This document shows, in pieces, positions 60,901-64,000 of a stretch of 64,000 nucleotides of DNA (its first letter is position 1; every line of letters starts with the position of its first letter). A model generated the notes under the pieces. It had not been told where the DNA came from. It saw nothing but the letters and a program-made list of their open reading frames with translations, and did not search any database. The DNA comes from a virus. Lineage: Duplodnaviria; Heunggongvirae; Uroviricota; Caudoviricetes. Where the stretch lies: the IMG/VR virus record IMGVR_UViG_3300021256_002164, positions 1-64,000 of that record. One strand, given 5' to 3'. Position numbers and translations under genes: made by a program.

Positions 60901-63272
60901 TGTTTTGCTGGGTCTAATTCGAATGTAACTTTATATATAGTATTTGATGAAATTGTACTAAATACTCTTGCTTTATAAATATCACTATTTGCTGGTACCC
61001 AGTGGTCTCCACCAGAACCCCAATCACCGCCAATACATTTAGAATCAATTAATGTACTTATTAAAACTAATGGATCAGTACCTCCAGATAATATATATCC
61101 ATCTACATTATTTTTTGCACCTGCAGGAACTGGTTTTGTAAAATTAGTTGCTTGGTCAATAAGAGTTCCATTTCTTAATTTATTATCATATGTTAATGCT
61201 AAGCTAAGTCCACCAGTTGAAGCTATACTTAAGTCTAATAATTCATTTTCAGAAATATACCATTCAATATCATAAGTTTTAACATTTATAAATACATTTG
61301 GATCATCTGGTTCTGCATATTTTTTACAACGAATTAAATATGTACCACCAGCAGGAATATATCCAGTTAATGCCAAATTATAATATTGTACTTGTGATTT
61401 TTGAGTAACAGTTCTATCATCAGTATATGAATAATGTAAATAGCAACCATCTAAATAGAAATCTTCATCAGAAGCATTAAATAATTCAATATATCCATGT
61501 GTACAGCCGTGTATTTTATCTGTTTTAGTAGGAGCATAAATAGCGCCAATTTCAATATGGTCACCATTTAATCCAAGGTCACCTGTAGCAGCAATATTAT
61601 TTTTCTTCAATTTAATTAATGATACAAAACCTCTATCTGAATGATAATCATCTGGTAATAAATCTAACCAAGATGTTCCATCAGGTTTTGTTAAATATTC
61701 TTGCATACTACTAATATTTCGAGTAATAGTTACTGTACCATTTTTCTCAGAAATTGTAGATACATGTTTTTCTTGAATATTAAATTCACCATACGGAGAC
61801 ATAGTAACTTTAAATTCTTTACCAGTATCTCCATTAATAAAGTTAACTGTACCAATATTATTAAGGTTATCATTAATATTAAATTTAGGTGATAATGTGT
61901 ATTCTTTAATATTACTATTATCATATTTAAGAGCTGGGTTAATCTCATTTTCATCTATAAATGTAATATTAATAACACCTTGTTCTTCTAATGCTTTAAG
62001 AATTTCATAATTTTCCATAATATCTTGTTCTCCAGACTGATCACCAGATCCGCCCTTTCCTATATTTATTAAATTTCCGTTAGTATAAATGTATAAATTT
62101 TTATTACTTTCACAAAATACAAGTTCATTATTTTGCAATTCATGTAAATGTGCCTGCAATTTTTCATATGTAGACATTGAACGTATAGTTAATGCAGCAG
62201 TCCTATATTTATAGTCTTCATCATATGTTGGTACTGATGCTTCAACAGTTTTTGTGAAATCTTGATATTTACTATATAAATCAAGTTTATATATATAATC
62301 TTCAGAATCTGTCTTAAATTGAATTTCTGAAATATTATAAATATCATCATTATAAATAGGTGTTTCTGGTGTTTGAGTATTTATTGTTCCATCTGGATTT
62401 ATATAAGCATTTAATAATGACATTCCAGAACCCCATTCAGAGATAGATAGCCAAATAAAGTTTTTACCTATAACTTTATCATTGTCATCTTTTAATTTTC
62501 TACAAACAATTAATAAAATATTATATTTTTCTGGTTTATATTCATATTGTATTAAATTAGCAGGATTAATTGTAATAGTTTTTTCTCCTGATGTTAATAT
62601 AATATCTATATCTTTATTTGTACATGTAATATATGTGTAGATTTTTGCATCAGGTATTTCTTCAAGTATTGTTTTACCTTCTGAACCCTCTCTAACAGTA
62701 AATGTAAGAGGACCTGTATATTTTAATCTATTATTTGTTAATATTGAAAAATTACTAATTGGAGATAATGCATCATATGTTTCCTGTGATAAATCTAATC
62801 CTTCTATAAAAGATAATTCTGTTTCATCAGTTGCCCATAATGGTTCTTCCTCTTCAGTATCAGCTAAGTCTGCAACAGTTTCTGACATTCCAAAAGCATC
62901 TTCATTATAAGAATTAATACCAAATCTAAAACTATTCTTTAATCTTAGCACTTCTGATTGTAATGCTCTAATAGCAGATAGCATTATTCCAATCATCTTA
63001 TTACCACTAATATCTGAATCACCACCAATATTTCCTGAGTTTAATAATTCAATTAAATCATCTGTTCTATTAATAGTAGTTTCTCCAATTTCTGCTCCAC
63101 CCCAATTAATATCTGTCGCATTAATTATAGGTAACGGATATTCTTGTAATTCATTATTTTGAATTTTATACTGTTGTACTCCAATAGCAAAACCTGTAGT
63201 AACTTGTGGCTTAATTAAATTAGTATATTTAACATTTTGTTCTTCATTAGTATATTTAATTCCTTTAGCCAT
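57954..63272 (-). CDS. giant (1772 aa) putative virion protein with an embedded calcineurin-like metallophosphoesterase-type motif set
   Basis: INTGDCVQSGARVNEW (GDxxxxG), IVGNNDLC (GNHD-like), LCLGGHKHTY (GHxH), in the canonical order. Domain spans roughly nt 59000..60200. Confidence 0.45.
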   Translation of the reverse strand: MAKGIKYTNEEQNVKYTNLIKPQVTTGFAIGVQQYKIQNNELQEYPLPIINATDINWGGAEIGETTINRTDDLIELLNSGNIGGDSDISGNKMIGIMLSAIRALQSEVLRLKNSFRFGINSYNEDAFGMSETVADLADTEEEEPLWATDETELSFIEGLDLSQETYDALSPISNFSILTNNRLKYTGPLTFTVREGSEGKTILEEIPDAKIYTYITCTNKDIDIILTSGEKTITINPANLIQYEYKPEKYNILLIVCRKLKDDNDKVIGKNFIWLSISEWGSGMSLLNAYINPDGTINTQTPETPIYNDDIYNISEIQFKTDSEDYIYKLDLYSKYQDFTKTVEASVPTYDEDYKYRTAALTIRSMSTYEKLQAHLHELQNNELVFCESNKNLYIYTNGNLINIGKGGSGDQSGEQDIMENYEILKALEEQGVINITFIDENEINPALKYDNSNIKEYTLSPKFNINDNLNNIGTVNFINGDTGKEFKVTMSPYGEFNIQEKHVSTISEKNGTVTITRNISSMQEYLTKPDGTSWLDLLPDDYHSDRGFVSLIKLKKNNIAATGDLGLNGDHIEIGAIYAPTKTDKIHGCTHGYIELFNASDEDFYLDGCYLHYSYTDDRTVTQKSQVQYYNLALTGYIPAGGTYLIRCKKYAEPDDPNVFINVKTYDIEWYISENELLDLSIASTGGLSLALTYDNKLRNGTLIDQATNFTKPVPAGAKNNVDGYILSGGTDPLVLISTLIDSKCIGGDWGSGGDHWVPANSDIYKARVFSTISSNTIYKVTFELDPAKQAYNSMTTKDSSRRRWANANNDQQLLSLNREFIEFPKTKLVKAVADYTPKASFEHKNVITDKSKLDKTKPNAIVCSYGINPYTTRCFNWVSSGLFNEAVIIIDPITNKEYKFESYTTISKKNTQSTDTIHRKEFPVDINNTVYARIYNKFPGNNEPYTSHKCIIEINNNVTEPQTYQYYIARLDSNNFIDNNYKSELRSFTIYPKTYQPRVYQITDQQGFHWVEYQVWTAAAQVVNQKIIDDQNEPNSHIMPIIINTGDCVQSGARVNEWLDYFNAGDSLFKHYEQNNIVGNNDLCDTNINALGTGDDTGKSNGYFFHLFNCYEIPTDKYAPICRHYYEDPGIYIPSLYYIDLDYISGQDENSEDIHKYTRILFINSEITETNCREWFNLTNDDKTINIYTGFTINASNQVYSMYKQYTEDEANSYNAKLPGAWSTSTINPNILIYYTQEECIEYNAKLPGAVSTKDINPKTETNYTEDDANAANANLDGAISTTMVNPNKHTYYEEGECITHNSTLTGAVSAQDEFKPFYPVYEILYHWTEDSDKTYLPVCHEMPFTVITNACLSWRSSSNEYSKFRSLSDKSKLIGSHTNQISDKESGKGMHWMSRLFEYRNITLCLGGHKHTYACTYPARENYLYTLTSEAANILNTAHLIKDENDKYPGDENYITTYDSEWTEAHEGDKKWSYLNGAMDMPSSLKDDTATWIVTGAFVPDSSGENIQEISKSQNITINLSKFPILKRQTKHKNLNIITSNKGTIKVLNDNSITILLSARMYSKVGEDEFIDYRFYPFIECQNDDNNTFVIYDMSQATGYKLTSNKELPSEDQKFSMIIPKTTTKFEGGSFTDTASGDQQSPMFSIIDVLGNNIYYVKVARIQNISSANNKMTFNQSKFGKSTAVIEYLCMSCSSINDYLYGIWCKYKGKDEDDNNIFIQTDVASSKTKLTYCKENTTEFKVTDNQNKILYPDLLTNTDIYLFKTNEMF

Positions 63273-63300
63273 ATATATAAATGTTAAAATATTAAAATTT

Positions 63301-63319
63301 CTTATATATAAAAATAAAA
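63301..63319 (-). promoter_or_regulatory. candidate late-promoter motif (cttatatataaaaataaaa) ~30 nt upstream of the 1772-aa gene
   Basis: Same sequence and same spacing as at 57880..57898. Confidence 0.3.
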
Positions 63320-63341
63320 AAAGGAACTAATCATAGCTCCT

Positions 63342-63959
63342 TTAACCAACATTTAGCTGTTGTTGTTTTTCTTTATTTTTTCGATTAATTCTTTCTGTCA
63401 TTTCTTTAATAAAGTCTCGAGAACCTTGAACAATCTTTGAACCATCTTCAAGTTCTTCTTTATTCTTTTCAGAAAATGTCTTATCACAATTATCTTGCAT
63501 TTCTTTAAATATATTTTCAAGATTTGCAGTTAATTGATTTAATTGACTTTGCATTTTTAACATAGAATCTTGTAAAGAAGTCAAAGAAGTATATAATGTT
63601 CCTTTTCCTGTATTTGTAGTAATAGACATAATCAATGTATCTTGAGCTTTTTCATTAACTGATAACATTTTAAGCAAACGTCTTATATTATCAATTTCTT
63701 GCTCAATCTTATTCTCAATATATGGGTGCTCTTGAATATATCTTTTATCAAAATAATATGCTGCTAATTTCTCAGCAATAGTTGTAGCTCGTTTTTCTGT
63801 ACGTTCATCTAATTCGTCTAAATCAATAGTCAATACAGGAACTTGTAATGCATCATCAATATCATTTATATCTTCAGGAAGTTCAGAATGTAAAAATAAA
63901 TCATTTAATGTTTCTTTATCATCCTTAGTTCCATATTTATGTTCATACGGTCTGCCCAT
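63342..63959 (-). CDS. hypothetical protein
   Basis: 205-aa ORF with acidic N-terminus and C-terminal coiled coil. Confidence 0.4.
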   Translation of the reverse strand: MGRPYEHKYGTKDDKETLNDLFLHSELPEDINDIDDALQVPVLTIDLDELDERTEKRATTIAEKLAAYYFDKRYIQEHPYIENKIEQEIDNIRRLLKMLSVNEKAQDTLIMSITTNTGKGTLYTSLTSLQDSMLKMQSQLNQLTANLENIFKEMQDNCDKTFSEKNKEELEDGSKIVQGSRDFIKEMTERINRKNKEKQQQLNVG

Positions 63960-64000
63960 AATAATAAATTAAACTATATATAATTAAAAATAATATATTT

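Overview
This 64 kb window is densely coded and very AT-rich, except for a higher-GC gene at 165..983. I read it as part of a large T4-like (myovirus-type) phage genome or prophage. Main reasons: a gp23-like major capsid protein, a gp21-like prohead protease fused to a repeat-rich scaffold domain, gp18-like sheath and gp19-like tube, five tail-fibre genes (one collagen-like with a C-terminal S74 auto-chaperone domain) and two giant structural ORFs of 2873 and 1772 aa. The + strand block 13.6–24 kb carries a family-B DNA polymerase split into two cistrons by a split intein plus a free-standing homing-endonuclease gene. It is followed by a chaperone module (divergent DnaK, sHsp, MTase, DnaJ). 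Other notable content is listed here. There is a tmRNA at 5662..5989 with an unusual tag. A truncated MetK-like SAM synthetase sits next to an AAA+ ATPase. A minimal nucleotidyltransferase (MNT) nucleotidyltransferase with an overlapping small partner gene looks toxin–antitoxin-like. There is a tandem array of DUF285-repeat paralogs. The window also encodes a sigma-70-family factor and a glycosyltransferase/helicase/phosphatase/MazG cluster. Rho-independent terminators sit after most operons, and a recurring AT-rich motif lies upstream of the late structural genes. All calls come from reading the sequence and ORF translations; no database searches were run.
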